The position numbers and the translations under genes were made by a program. A DNA stretch of 64,000 nt from contig CBDBOV010000004.1 of the NCBI GenBank assembly GCA_965208575.1, forward strand, positions 96,001-160,000. The letters are read 5' to 3'. Shown here one piece after another: positions 51,233 to 59,563 of the stretch (positions within the stretch are counted from its first letter, which is position 1; each line of letters opens with the position of its first letter). Under the pieces are notes generated by a model that worked only from the letters and a program-made list of their open reading frames with translations, had not been told where the DNA came from and searched no databases. The stretch comes from Spirochaetia bacterium. GTDB taxonomy: Bacteria; Spirochaetota; Spirochaetia; SZUA-6; Bin103.

Positions 51233-51265
51233 GGTAGTGGGTCAATTTGAAAGTGACCCACTACC
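51233..51265. repeat. 12-bp inverted repeat at the IS110 truncation point
   Basis: GGTAGTGGGTCA-N9-TGACCCACTACC. Confidence 0.8.
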
Positions 51266-51362
51266 GCGTCGCTGGTAGAGTTGACCGGCGCTCGGACCCG
51301 CTCTTACCTTTCCTGCGGGTCGCCTGGAACCACCAAGTAGCCGAGCGGCTCGGGAGGATTAC

Positions 51363-52100
51363 TTGGCCGCCGGCAAACCGGGCTTGACCGTAGAGGAGTT
51401 TCTCGCCACCGGGTGGCCCGGACGCCCTTCTGGCGCGGCGCCCTCGCAGCCACCGGCGCCCAAGGAGCGCAAGAGCGACCGCGTCAGGAAGTGGCTCGGG
51501 ACGCTCGCTACAGTAGTCCTGGCGGTCGCTGCAGTCGTCGGGACGGTCGTGGCAGTTGGAACCTTCATGGTCTCAGTCTCACCTCCCTCAAGCTCCCCGC
51601 CGGAGGGCAGCCCGGTGTCGGCTCCAGCAGAGACCATCCGTACCCCCGTCGAGGGCGAGCCTGAGTTGCATCCGCCCGTATCAGGCTACGGCGATGAGCC
51701 CATCGCCTCAATCCCGGCCACGGAGTCCTACGATGGCGTTCCCGTCACGGTAGTCAAGGCCGGGTTCATCCATTATGTGTTCCTGAGCCGTTTGTGGCCG
51801 GGGGAGTATGCAGGCCTCGTCTCCGCCGAGTCAGTTACGCCTGCCATCTTCTCGATCGAGGAGAAGAAGCGTGGCTGGGTGATCGTGCGGGGAGAGAGCG
51901 AAGGGATCGGCTGGCTCAGTGTGGTCGCCGAAGACTTCCGCGGGCGCAGATACAGGGCGTCCGTGCCAGTGCACGTCCGGAGCGGCTTGCCCCGAGTGCG
52001 CGCCGGCCTGAAATCAGACCGATTGGATAGGAAGCGGAATGGACTCTCCGTCCCGCGCAGACTACGCCTGCGCCCAACCTCTCGTCAACACCGACGATGA
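51363..52100 (+). CDS. Hypothetical single-TM protein with Pro/Ser linker and beta-rich domain
   Basis: TM at residues ~43-68; C-terminus possibly frameshifted. Confidence 0.55.
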   Translation: MAAGKPGLTVEEFLATGWPGRPSGAAPSQPPAPKERKSDRVRKWLGTLATVVLAVAAVVGTVVAVGTFMVSVSPPSSSPPEGSPVSAPAETIRTPVEGEPELHPPVSGYGDEPIASIPATESYDGVPVTVVKAGFIHYVFLSRLWPGEYAGLVSAESVTPAIFSIEEKKRGWVIVRGESEGIGWLSVVAEDFRGRRYRASVPVHVRSGLPRVRAGLKSDRLDRKRNGLSVPRRLRLRPTSRQHRR

Positions 52101-52316
52101 AACTCTCGCCCTCGCCGCGCACTACGCCTCGGTCATGACCCGGATGGTTCGACGCGGAAGGCTCTGCCGGCACGGCGCGCGGACCTCATTTGCCGCTTGG
52201 TCGCGCTCCGATCTCGGATTCCCGTATGTCATTTCTGGGGAGAGAATTATCTGCTGAAGTTTCGCCGAACTACTATACATTTGTCTGGTAATGGTAACTC
52301 GTTATTCTGGCAAACG

Positions 52317-53384
52317 ATGGGTGGCGGGCCAGGCAACTCCTTCCGGCGCGGAATCACGCTGGTGCAGCTCATGGAGATGTACCCGGACGACGCCACCGCG
52401 GAGGCTTGGTTCATCGCGCAACGCTGGCCAGACGGCATCCGCTGTCCGCACTGTGGCTCCGCCAACGTCCAGGAGAAGGCCGCCCACAAGTCCATGCCGC
52501 ACCGCTGCCGCGCCTGCCGCAAGCGCTTCTCCGTCCGCATCGGCACTCCCCTGCAGGAGTCGAAGCTCGGCTACCGGACCTGGGCGATGGCGATCTACCT
52601 GATGGCCGCCGGCGTGAAGGGGACCAGCTCCATGCGGCTCCACCGGGACCTCGGGATCACGCAGAAGACCGCCTGGTTCCTCGGCCATCGCATCCGCGAG
52701 GCGTTCCGCGAACAGGGCACCGACCAGTTCGACGGCTCCGGCCCGGTGGAGATCGACGAGGCGTATGTCGGGGGCAAGGAGCGGAACAAGCACGCGAAGA
52801 AGCGGCTTGGGAGGGAGGATACCTACTGGGGCAAGACGATCGTCCGCGCAGTCCGCGACCGGCCATCGAACCGGATCACCGCGTCGGTGATCCCGCACAC
52901 CGGGCGGGGCGTGATCCACCCCTTCGCCAAGGAGCGCATCGCGGAGGACACCATGATCGTGCCCGACGAGCTGGGCTCGTACCGGGCGCTCTCCAACCAC
53001 TACGCGGTGAACCACAGCCGCGGCCTGTACGTCGACTGGCTGGCGCACACGAACGGCCTCGAGAGCTTCTGGGCGCTTTTCCGGAGGGCGTACCACGGCA
53101 CCTACCATCACTGGAGCCGGCGCCACATCCAGCGTTACCTGGACGAAATGGCCGGCCGGCACAACCTCCGCCCGCTCGACACCGAGATGCGGATGATCGT
53201 GATGGTGCAGCAGATGGTCGGGAAGGTGCTGCCCTTTCCGCAAGCAAGCTGGCGCCGCGGCGCCTGCGGCAGTTCATCCTGCTCCCGACCTGGTCCCCGA
53301 AAGCTACCTTTCGGAGACCCATCAGCCGCCCCCCGAAGCTACCTGGCCGGCCTTGCCTCAAGCTCCCTGATTCGGCGTTCGTGA
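52317..53384 (+). CDS. IS1595-family transposase (C-terminal tail probably frameshifted near 53237)
   Basis: CPHC..CRAC, EIDEAYVGG, PDE, TNGLESFW and YLDE motifs. Confidence 0.88.
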   Translation: MGGGPGNSFRRGITLVQLMEMYPDDATAEAWFIAQRWPDGIRCPHCGSANVQEKAAHKSMPHRCRACRKRFSVRIGTPLQESKLGYRTWAMAIYLMAAGVKGTSSMRLHRDLGITQKTAWFLGHRIREAFREQGTDQFDGSGPVEIDEAYVGGKERNKHAKKRLGREDTYWGKTIVRAVRDRPSNRITASVIPHTGRGVIHPFAKERIAEDTMIVPDELGSYRALSNHYAVNHSRGLYVDWLAHTNGLESFWALFRRAYHGTYHHWSRRHIQRYLDEMAGRHNLRPLDTEMRMIVMVQQMVGKVLPFPQASWRRGACGSSSCSRPGPRKLPFGDPSAAPRSYLAGLASSSLIRRS

Positions 53385-53575
53385 TCCGCATGGGCAGCCT
53401 CGGTGCGGTCCCAGCGGTCTTCGTTGTCCCGGTCGATCTTGTCGAAGCGCTGGTTCACTTCCTCGAAGCGGCGGTCCATCTTGTCTTCAAGCCGGTCGAA
53501 ACGGACGTTCAGCACGCTCATCGCATCATCAAGGTACGCCTTCAGTTCTGCGTCGGCATTGAGGAGCGGGTCCAC
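53339..53575 (-). CDS. Small coiled-coil protein
   Basis: RFDRLEDKMDRRFEEVNQRFDKID heptads; starts immediately after the upstream stop. Confidence 0.65.
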   Translation of the reverse strand: MDPLLNADAELKAYLDDAMSVLNVRFDRLEDKMDRRFEEVNQRFDKIDRDNEDRWDRTEAAHADHERRIRELEARPAR

Positions 53576-54358
53576 TCAGCACTCCATCGCGGGGTCGCTA
53601 CTCAAGAACATCCAGGTCCTTCCCGAGTCCAGCCATACGTATCCGCTCGTGTAGTTCTCGCGGCCGTCGGCGTCTACCAGCGACGCCCACGGCACACCAA
53701 GCACCGCCGACGTGACCTGCGTGCCGTCTGGCTCGATCATGGTGAACTGCATATACCTCGGTTCATACTGCCACCGGCCATGACCAATGAGTCCACAGTT
53801 CGGGTTCACCATGGTGGCCGTGCCATCCTCGAAGACCCGAATGTAACCCATTCTGGGGGCGTTTTTGGCCTCTGTCTGCCTGACAGACCAAACGCCAACA
53901 GGGCGGAATCTCTCGATGGCCTCTCTTTCGCGGGTGATTTGGCCGGCGAGATGGCCCATGGCATCCATGTCTCGTCGGTAATTTCGCGATTTGGGCTCTG
54001 TTTCGGGCTCGGTTGCGGCAGGCGGGTCGGGAGGGTCTGGCTGGGTGGCCGGTTGGAGGGAAACCCCTTCACCGTCTGATTCGGGCGGCCCAGCGGCCTT
54101 ATCGGGCTCTGGGCGGAACGCAGGCACTTCGTTTTCCTGCTCGGCTGCCCGCTCCTCCCCCGTAGCGGACGGCGCCGCGTAAGCGACGGTGGCTACTGGT
54201 TTTACTGGCGATTCTTGCGCGTCGGTCGGCGTGTCGGAAATCCCAACACCTACCCCGATCAGGAAGGCGAACAGGGCAACGACGAAATACGAGCCGATGC
54301 GCAGCAGTTTTCGGAACAGGCGCCGGAGAGGACGCTTCTTCGGTTGATTCTCGTTCAT
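53576..54358 (-). CDS. Membrane-anchored hypothetical protein
   Basis: GAGG RBS; basic N-terminus, TM, Pro/Glu linker, beta-rich domain. Confidence 0.7.
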   Translation of the reverse strand: MNENQPKKRPLRRLFRKLLRIGSYFVVALFAFLIGVGVGISDTPTDAQESPVKPVATVAYAAPSATGEERAAEQENEVPAFRPEPDKAAGPPESDGEGVSLQPATQPDPPDPPAATEPETEPKSRNYRRDMDAMGHLAGQITREREAIERFRPVGVWSVRQTEAKNAPRMGYIRVFEDGTATMVNPNCGLIGHGRWQYEPRYMQFTMIEPDGTQVTSAVLGVPWASLVDADGRENYTSGYVWLDSGRTWMFLSSDPAMEC

Positions 54359-54373
54359 GGATCACCTCTCGTC

Positions 54374-54543
54374 CCCGGCCCGCAACAAAGGTGCCGGGCT
54401 GGTTCGCAAGAGGCACCACGATCACGCAGTTACTCTGAACTTCTGACCTATTCACGCCACGGCCGGGTAGCTACTCCCATTCGTTGACGACGCTGTTGTA
54501 TTCGACCAGCAGCCCGGCTCGGGCGTGATCGAGTACCTCTTGC
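54374..54543 (-). ncRNA. Candidate structured RNA / 5' leader, copy 2
   Basis: See copy 1; ends at the RBS of the ORF starting at 54358. Confidence 0.65.
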
Positions 54544-54553
54544 TTGAAGGGTC

Positions 54554-54581
54554 AGTGTAGCGCCGGACCGGCATCTGTCAA
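54554..54581 (-). promoter_or_regulatory. Sigma70-type promoter TTGACA-N16-TACACT
   Basis: Conserved with 32038-32065. Confidence 0.75.
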
Positions 54582-54667
54582 CCGGCTGGTTTACTTACAC
54601 TTGGCCATACGTGGGGCACACTTGGGGCAAGGCGGCCGCCACCAAATCACAGGCCGGGAGGATCACA

Positions 54668-54858
54668 TGATGACGAAAGAGGACAAGGCGTGGATCGCAG
54701 CACTGCTCGACGAGAAGCTCGCTCCGATCCATGCGCGGCTCGACGGCGTGGACAGGACGAATCAAGCGTTGGTCACGGCCGTGACAGACCTACTGGAAGC
54801 CATGCAGAGCCCCCTCGCGTTCCAGATCAAGCGGAATCTGGAACGCGAGTTGGCCTGA
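54668..54858 (+). CDS. Small helical hypothetical protein
   Basis: GGGAGG RBS; MMTKEDKAWIAALLDEKLAPIHARLD. Confidence 0.6.
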
Positions 54859-54909
54859 CGAGCCGGAGGCGGTTGACCGGCGGCGTTGGGTGGCGGTAGC
54901 CTTGCCCCG

Positions 54910-55062
54910 ATGGCTGACAAGGCGAAGACGAGGAAGGCCGCGAAGCGACCGCGGCGGAGCTTCATCCAGGAGGACTTCGACGAGCTGTGGACTCCGTTGG
55001 CCGTCTCGCCGGAGGCCCTGGCGAAGGCCGTCCTGCGGACTCCAGCGAAGCCGCGCAGTTAG
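54910..55062 (+). CDS. 50-aa small protein
   Basis: Paralogue at 27275; TAGCCT -10-like box 7 nt before the ATG. Confidence 0.6.
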   Translation: MADKAKTRKAAKRPRRSFIQEDFDELWTPLAVSPEALAKAVLRTPAKPRS

Positions 55063-55385
55063 CCTCCGGAGACCTCCTTCCAGGCAGCAGCCTCTGCCTC
55101 GACCAGTTCTTGCCTCGCGGCGGCGTAGTTGTTGACCGCCTCCAGAACGCTGTCCGAGTTAGGAAGCCTGTGCAGCCGGACGGTGGCCTCCGCGCCTTTG
55201 TAAAGAACGGACCGAAGTCCTGAGACAACCCAGAAAAGTCCTTGGACATCTCCTCCAGCCGCGCTTGAGTGCTGGTATGGGCGCTTGGCGTCCTGGAGTC
55301 GGCGGTGCGCTGCGCCGATCGCCTTGATGGTAGGTGCCACGCGCGGCAGCTTACCAGCCACGGCGGGCCAGGGCCAGTGGGCCAC
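55059..55385 (-). CDS. Hypothetical protein
   Basis: ORF only; start uncertain. Confidence 0.3.
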   Translation of the reverse strand: MAHWPWPAVAGKLPRVAPTIKAIGAAHRRLQDAKRPYQHSSAAGGDVQGLFWVVSGLRSVLYKGAEATVRLHRLPNSDSVLEAVNNYAAARQELVEAEAAAWKEVSGG

Positions 55386-55916
55386 TCACCTATATGAGTC
55401 CCCAAAGGTTACGGTGAATCGAGGCGACCTTCAACACGTCCTGGCGATTGGCGATTGGCGATTGTCGAGCGAACACGGGTCAGAAACCGCCAACTGGAAC
55501 AAGCCTGCCTCCATCTGCTGGACGTGATAGCTCATCAGGCGAACATCGTTCAGCAGCGACAGAAAGCGTTGGCCAGCCTTCCACCGCTGCCGGACGATTG
55601 GGACTGATGGCTTGCCGTCGATGGACGACGTGCCGGTGCCGATGAATCTGCGGGATAGACCTGGCGGCGGAAGGCTTGCGGGGCCCCGGGTGAGGGGTGG
55701 ATAATTATGCACCCACCTCGATCCCCATGCACCCCTGTCAACTAACTATATTATATCCCCAGAGCTAGGTCCCGTCCGGGCAGCAGTTTCACATTGGCTC
55801 TTTCCCCCGGACGGGTGGCTTCCTAGAAATCGGATCGGTGGCTCTATTGCACCGGATTATGCGTATTTCGAATACCCTAAGTTGACTATAGGTGAGTGAT
55901 ATGCCATATTCTGCGT

Positions 55917-56321
55917 ATGGCACAAGAGAACCGCCGGCAGATATCGCTCCGTACGTCCGTTTGGAAGAAGGCATCGCAGATACGGGACACACTGTCTACG
56001 ATGAGCAGCCGCAAAATGACGATCTCGGACACGATCGATCGGGCGCTTGTCTGTTTGGAGGATGCTCACTCTCGCGGTGCGTGGCTGTCGCCAAAGGAAG
56101 CCGCACCAATGGTTGAAGAGCGGATGAGAAAGGAAGTCATCTCCGTGCTCACCCAGTTTGTAGCGCGGGCGTTGCCCAACAGCGTGGTTCGAGGGGTGAC
56201 ATTCCACCCGGAAGGAGTGCCGGGAGGCGGAGGGACGTTATTCGTGCACCTTGATGACAAGGCTGTACCGGTGCTCATAGGAGCAGGTGAAGTAGGCGCC
56301 GTGGGTCTGGCTGATGGCTGA
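55917..56321 (+). CDS. Hypothetical protein, possible ribbon-helix-helix N-terminus
   Basis: RRQISLRTSVWKKA...TISDTIDRAL; TTGACT-N17-CATATT promoter; overlaps alpA. Confidence 0.6.
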   Translation: MAQENRRQISLRTSVWKKASQIRDTLSTMSSRKMTISDTIDRALVCLEDAHSRGAWLSPKEAAPMVEERMRKEVISVLTQFVARALPNSVVRGVTFHPEGVPGGGGTLFVHLDDKAVPVLIGAGEVGAVGLADG

Positions 56322-56499
56322 TACTCCCACAATCCTGCGGCTACCGGCCGTGATCGCGATGGTTGGCGTTAGCAGGGTCTCAATATGGCGCTGGGTGAGG
56401 GCCGGGACTTTCCCACGCCCAGTTCGCCTTGGGGCACGCGCAGTCGGCTGGCGCGCTAGCGACTTACAACGGTGGGTGGAGTCGCGGCCGTCGGCATGA
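56314..56499 (+). CDS. alpA: AlpA-family excisionase/regulator
   Basis: ILRLPAVIAMVGVSRVSIWRWVRAGTFPRPVRLGARAVGW. Confidence 0.92.
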   Translation: MADTPTILRLPAVIAMVGVSRVSIWRWVRAGTFPRPVRLGARAVGWRASDLQRWVESRPSA

Positions 56500-56544
56500 C
56501 ACCCTCCGCCAACGGCGCGAACGGATACGACCGGAAGTCGAGTC

Positions 56545-56750
56545 TCCAAGGGTTCGCGCCGACCATCCTGTGCGCCATCATGCGCATCTGGACCTCCGTG
56601 TCCAACGGCCGCTGGTTGTGACGACCGACAAACTCGTCGATGTACCGCTGGAGGTGGACCAGGGCTCATGCGGTGGTAGGTGCCGTAGTAGCCCCGCTTG
56701 AGCAGTGCGCCCAGAACGACTCCATGACGTTGACGTGCGCTTGGTCCTCC
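56545..56750 (-). pseudogene. IS1595 transposase C-terminal remnant
   Basis: DQAHVNVMESFW..KRGYYGTYHRMS..LQRYIDEFVGRHN with frameshifts. Confidence 0.8.
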
Positions 56751-56943
56751 AATTCATTCTGACGTGGAATCGGAGGGCGCACTACACTCGGGACCGTGTG
56801 GCGACTTCCCTGGTGCGGAGCAGCCTCAACCGGCGTAAAGCACCTATGGTGGAGAACTTCGTAAAGTGGCAACAGTAGTGATACCGTCTGCCACCACGAT
56901 AGTATAAGATATTATCCTGCAATCGATTATACAACTGCGACGA

Positions 56944-57291
56944 TGGAGGTGGCGGGAATCGAACCCGCGTCCTGAAAGGTGCGCGTACGGCGTCTACAGG
57001 TTTAGCCGGACTGTTGCGTTCTTGGCGCCGCCTTTGCGAGCCGGCTCACGGGCGGCGGTGCAGCCCGCTGTTTGTCTTTCCCGCCGCACCCGCAGGCCGA
57101 TGCGGCGGTGAGTCCTGAATGGCGTCGGGGATGCTCGTCGCTCAGGACCGCACTTCAAGTCCCCGTGGCTACGTGATTTAGGCAGCCAGTGCTAGATCTG
57201 TATCGGCAGATCAAATTGTCCAGGTTAAGGAGGCTGGACTCCACCTGCAACCGTAAACGTCATGCCTCCCAGTCGAGGCCTTGTCACCCCC
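56944..57291 (-). ncRNA. ssrA: tmRNA; tag peptide ADTDLALAA* (57207-57178)
   Basis: GGGGGTG/CACCTCC-A acceptor stem with G3.U pair; GGTTCGATTCC T-arm; tag ends LAA; adjacent to smpB; CCA not encoded. Confidence 0.96.
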
Positions 57292-57344
57292 TAAAGAGCA
57301 GGGTCACCCCCAAAAAGCCATGGGGTCACCCGCACGTTGTAAGG

Positions 57345-57833
57345 TCACAAGCTCCGCTGCCCGCTGCGCACCTGGCGGTCCAGGTCGCGGTCCAGGTCGC
57401 GGCGCTTGATGTCTTCGCGCTTGTCGAAGGTCTTCTTGCCGCGGCACACGCCGAGCTCGACCTTGACCAGCCCGCTCTTAACGTAGAAGCGCAGGGGGAT
57501 GAGCGTCAACCCGCGCTCGGTGACCCGCCGGCGCAGGCGCCGAATCTCGTCGCGGTGGGCGAGCAGCTTGCGCACGCGCGTGGGGTGGTGGTTGAACTGG
57601 TTGCCGAACGCGTACGGGGTAATGTGCAGCCCCACCAGCAACAGCTCTCCGTCGGCGATGCGCGCGTAGGAATCGGTAAACGAGAACTGCGCCGCCTTGA
57701 CCGACTTCACCTCGGTGCCGCGCAACGCAATGCCGCACTCCATGCGGTCGTCGACGTGGTAGAAGTGGCGCGCCCGGCGGTTGGTGGCGAGCGTCTTGAC
57801 CGCCTCGGCGCCGGTCCCGGATCGGCGGCTCAC
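57345..57833 (-). CDS. smpB: SsrA-binding protein
   Basis: NRRARH, GIALRGTEVKS, RKLLAH and GKKTFDKR motifs. Confidence 0.97.
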   Translation of the reverse strand: MSRRSGTGAEAVKTLATNRRARHFYHVDDRMECGIALRGTEVKSVKAAQFSFTDSYARIADGELLLVGLHITPYAFGNQFNHHPTRVRKLLAHRDEIRRLRRRVTERGLTLIPLRFYVKSGLVKVELGVCRGKKTFDKREDIKRRDLDRDLDRQVRSGQRSL

Positions 57834-59470
57834 GACCGCACCAGCGCCAATCGAAAGCCGAGTACCGGCGTGCACCATTCGGCCGGCTGCGAACCACGGG
57901 TATGCACGGTGACCACGCGTGGATCGGAGGTAAACGCCCCGCCGCGCACCGCGCGCCGGCTGCCGACCTCCGGCAGCGCGTGCGTGTGCGCCGCCGCTGC
58001 GCCACCCGCGGCGAACAGGTAACGCGTCGGCGAGTACCAGTCCGCCGTCCACTCCCACACGCTGCCGAGCATGTCCTGCAGCCCGTAACCGTTGGGCGGC
58101 GAATACCCGGCCGGCAGCAGTCCGGCGCCGGGGGCGGCGACATGGCCCTGCGCACGGTCGCCGCCGGGGTACAGCCGACCGTGCAGGCCGCCGCGCGCGG
58201 CGTACTCCCACTGCGCTTCGGATGGCAGCCGCACTTGCCAGTGGCCGCCGTTCGGCGCGGCGGCGAGTTGTTCGCCGACCCATGCGGCAAATGCCTCGGC
58301 CGCCGGCGCCGATACGTACACCACCGGCTCCCGTTCCCGCCCCGCCGGCGGCGCCCCGTTCTCCCAGTCCGCCAGGTAGTCCTGTGCGACGACGCCGCGC
58401 GCCACCAGGGCGGCCCGGTTCGCGGGCGACCACTCCGGGCGCGCTGCCACGAAGCGGGCGAACGCGGCCTTGGTCACCTCTCGTTGCTGCAGGTAGTACG
58501 ATTCCACGGCAAGGCGGTGCGGCCAGGTCTCGAACGGCAGCACCGGTTCCTGCTCGCCGGTCAGCCGCCGCGCGTCGCCCATCACGAACGTGCCCGCGGG
58601 GATGCGGTGGAACACCATGCCGGCGGCGGTCACGGTGTCCTCCGGCGACTCGACCGGCCGGTCCGCCGCGGGTTGCTCGGCAGCGAGGCGCCGGCCCTGC
58701 TCGACGGCCGCGCCGTACCAGTCGGAAGCGAGCAGTTCGGAGCGCGGCTGCTGCGGGAGCAGGGCGGCGAGCCACAGCGGCAGGCTCGGACTGTCGGCGG
58801 CGAGCCGCGCCAGGTCTCGCAGCAGCCGCTGCAGTCCCGCGGCCGACGGCGGCGAACCGCCCGCGAGCCGGGCATGGGCGGCGAGCAGTGCGGCGAGCCC
58901 CGCTTCGTCCTCGATCAGAAGCATCGCATTGCGCATCAGGCGCTCGCCCAATTCCCGTGACGGTTCGCCGGCAAGCACAAGATCGCTCGCGGCATCGGTG
59001 ACGATGCGAGCCACGGTCGGATTGCGGGCAAGATCGAGCAGCGCATGACGCAGCAATCCTTGCGGGTCGGCGGGCGCCAACTCGACGTGGCGCGCGTCGC
59101 TCCGTGGCAGCGGCCAACTCAGCAGGATGCGTCCGCCCACCTCCAGCGGCAGCTCCCGGGGATGGAAGTAGTCCTTGGCCACGGTCACGGTCCGTGCACC
59201 GGCAGCGACGCGCACCACCTGCGGGGTGACGCCGGCGAAGCGTCCGTCCACCGAGACCGTGGCGCCGGGCGGCGAGGAGGTGAACTCGATCACCGTGCCC
59301 GACCAGCGCAGGCCGGGCAATACCAGAATGGCGAACAGCAGCGCCGCGGCCGCACACCCGTACAGCACGGTGAGATAGGTGCCCGGTGCGATACCGGCCA
59401 CCGTCCGCAGCCGGACCCGGTGGTCCGCCGCGTTGGGGAGCGTGGTGTTGCGTGCGCGCCGCGCGTGCAT
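57830..59470 (-). CDS. PEGA + formylglycine-generating-enzyme-like (SUMF1) domain protein
   Basis: SSPPGATVSVDG; RLPSEAQWEYAARGG, GSVWEW and GFR motifs. Confidence 0.88.
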   Translation of the reverse strand: MHARRARNTTLPNAADHRVRLRTVAGIAPGTYLTVLYGCAAAALLFAILVLPGLRWSGTVIEFTSSPPGATVSVDGRFAGVTPQVVRVAAGARTVTVAKDYFHPRELPLEVGGRILLSWPLPRSDARHVELAPADPQGLLRHALLDLARNPTVARIVTDAASDLVLAGEPSRELGERLMRNAMLLIEDEAGLAALLAAHARLAGGSPPSAAGLQRLLRDLARLAADSPSLPLWLAALLPQQPRSELLASDWYGAAVEQGRRLAAEQPAADRPVESPEDTVTAAGMVFHRIPAGTFVMGDARRLTGEQEPVLPFETWPHRLAVESYYLQQREVTKAAFARFVAARPEWSPANRAALVARGVVAQDYLADWENGAPPAGREREPVVYVSAPAAEAFAAWVGEQLAAAPNGGHWQVRLPSEAQWEYAARGGLHGRLYPGGDRAQGHVAAPGAGLLPAGYSPPNGYGLQDMLGSVWEWTADWYSPTRYLFAAGGAAAAHTHALPEVGSRRAVRGGAFTSDPRVVTVHTRGSQPAEWCTPVLGFRLALVRS

Positions 59471-59563
59471 GGTTCGCCAAGTATAGGTATGCGCCCAACG
59501 CCGCGCATAGCTCGATGCGTGCCCATTGCCGAGGCAACGGCGGTTCCACTACCTTACCGGAGC

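Larger units (their letters stand above)
24591..56954. mobile_element. ~32-kb genomic island integrated in ssrA
   Basis: 14-bp direct repeats, integrase at one end, AlpA at the other, AT-rich flanks, atypical gene content. Confidence 0.9.

Noticed and set aside
55431-55712. 93-aa ORF
   Set aside because: No recognisable motif or convincing start
24591-56954. Prophage or ICE
   Set aside because: No structural, packaging, primase, relaxase or T4SS genes recognised
57830-59470. Sulfatase-maturing FGE for the nearby sulfatases
   Set aside because: Membrane PEGA fusion in core synteny, lacking the catalytic cysteine pair
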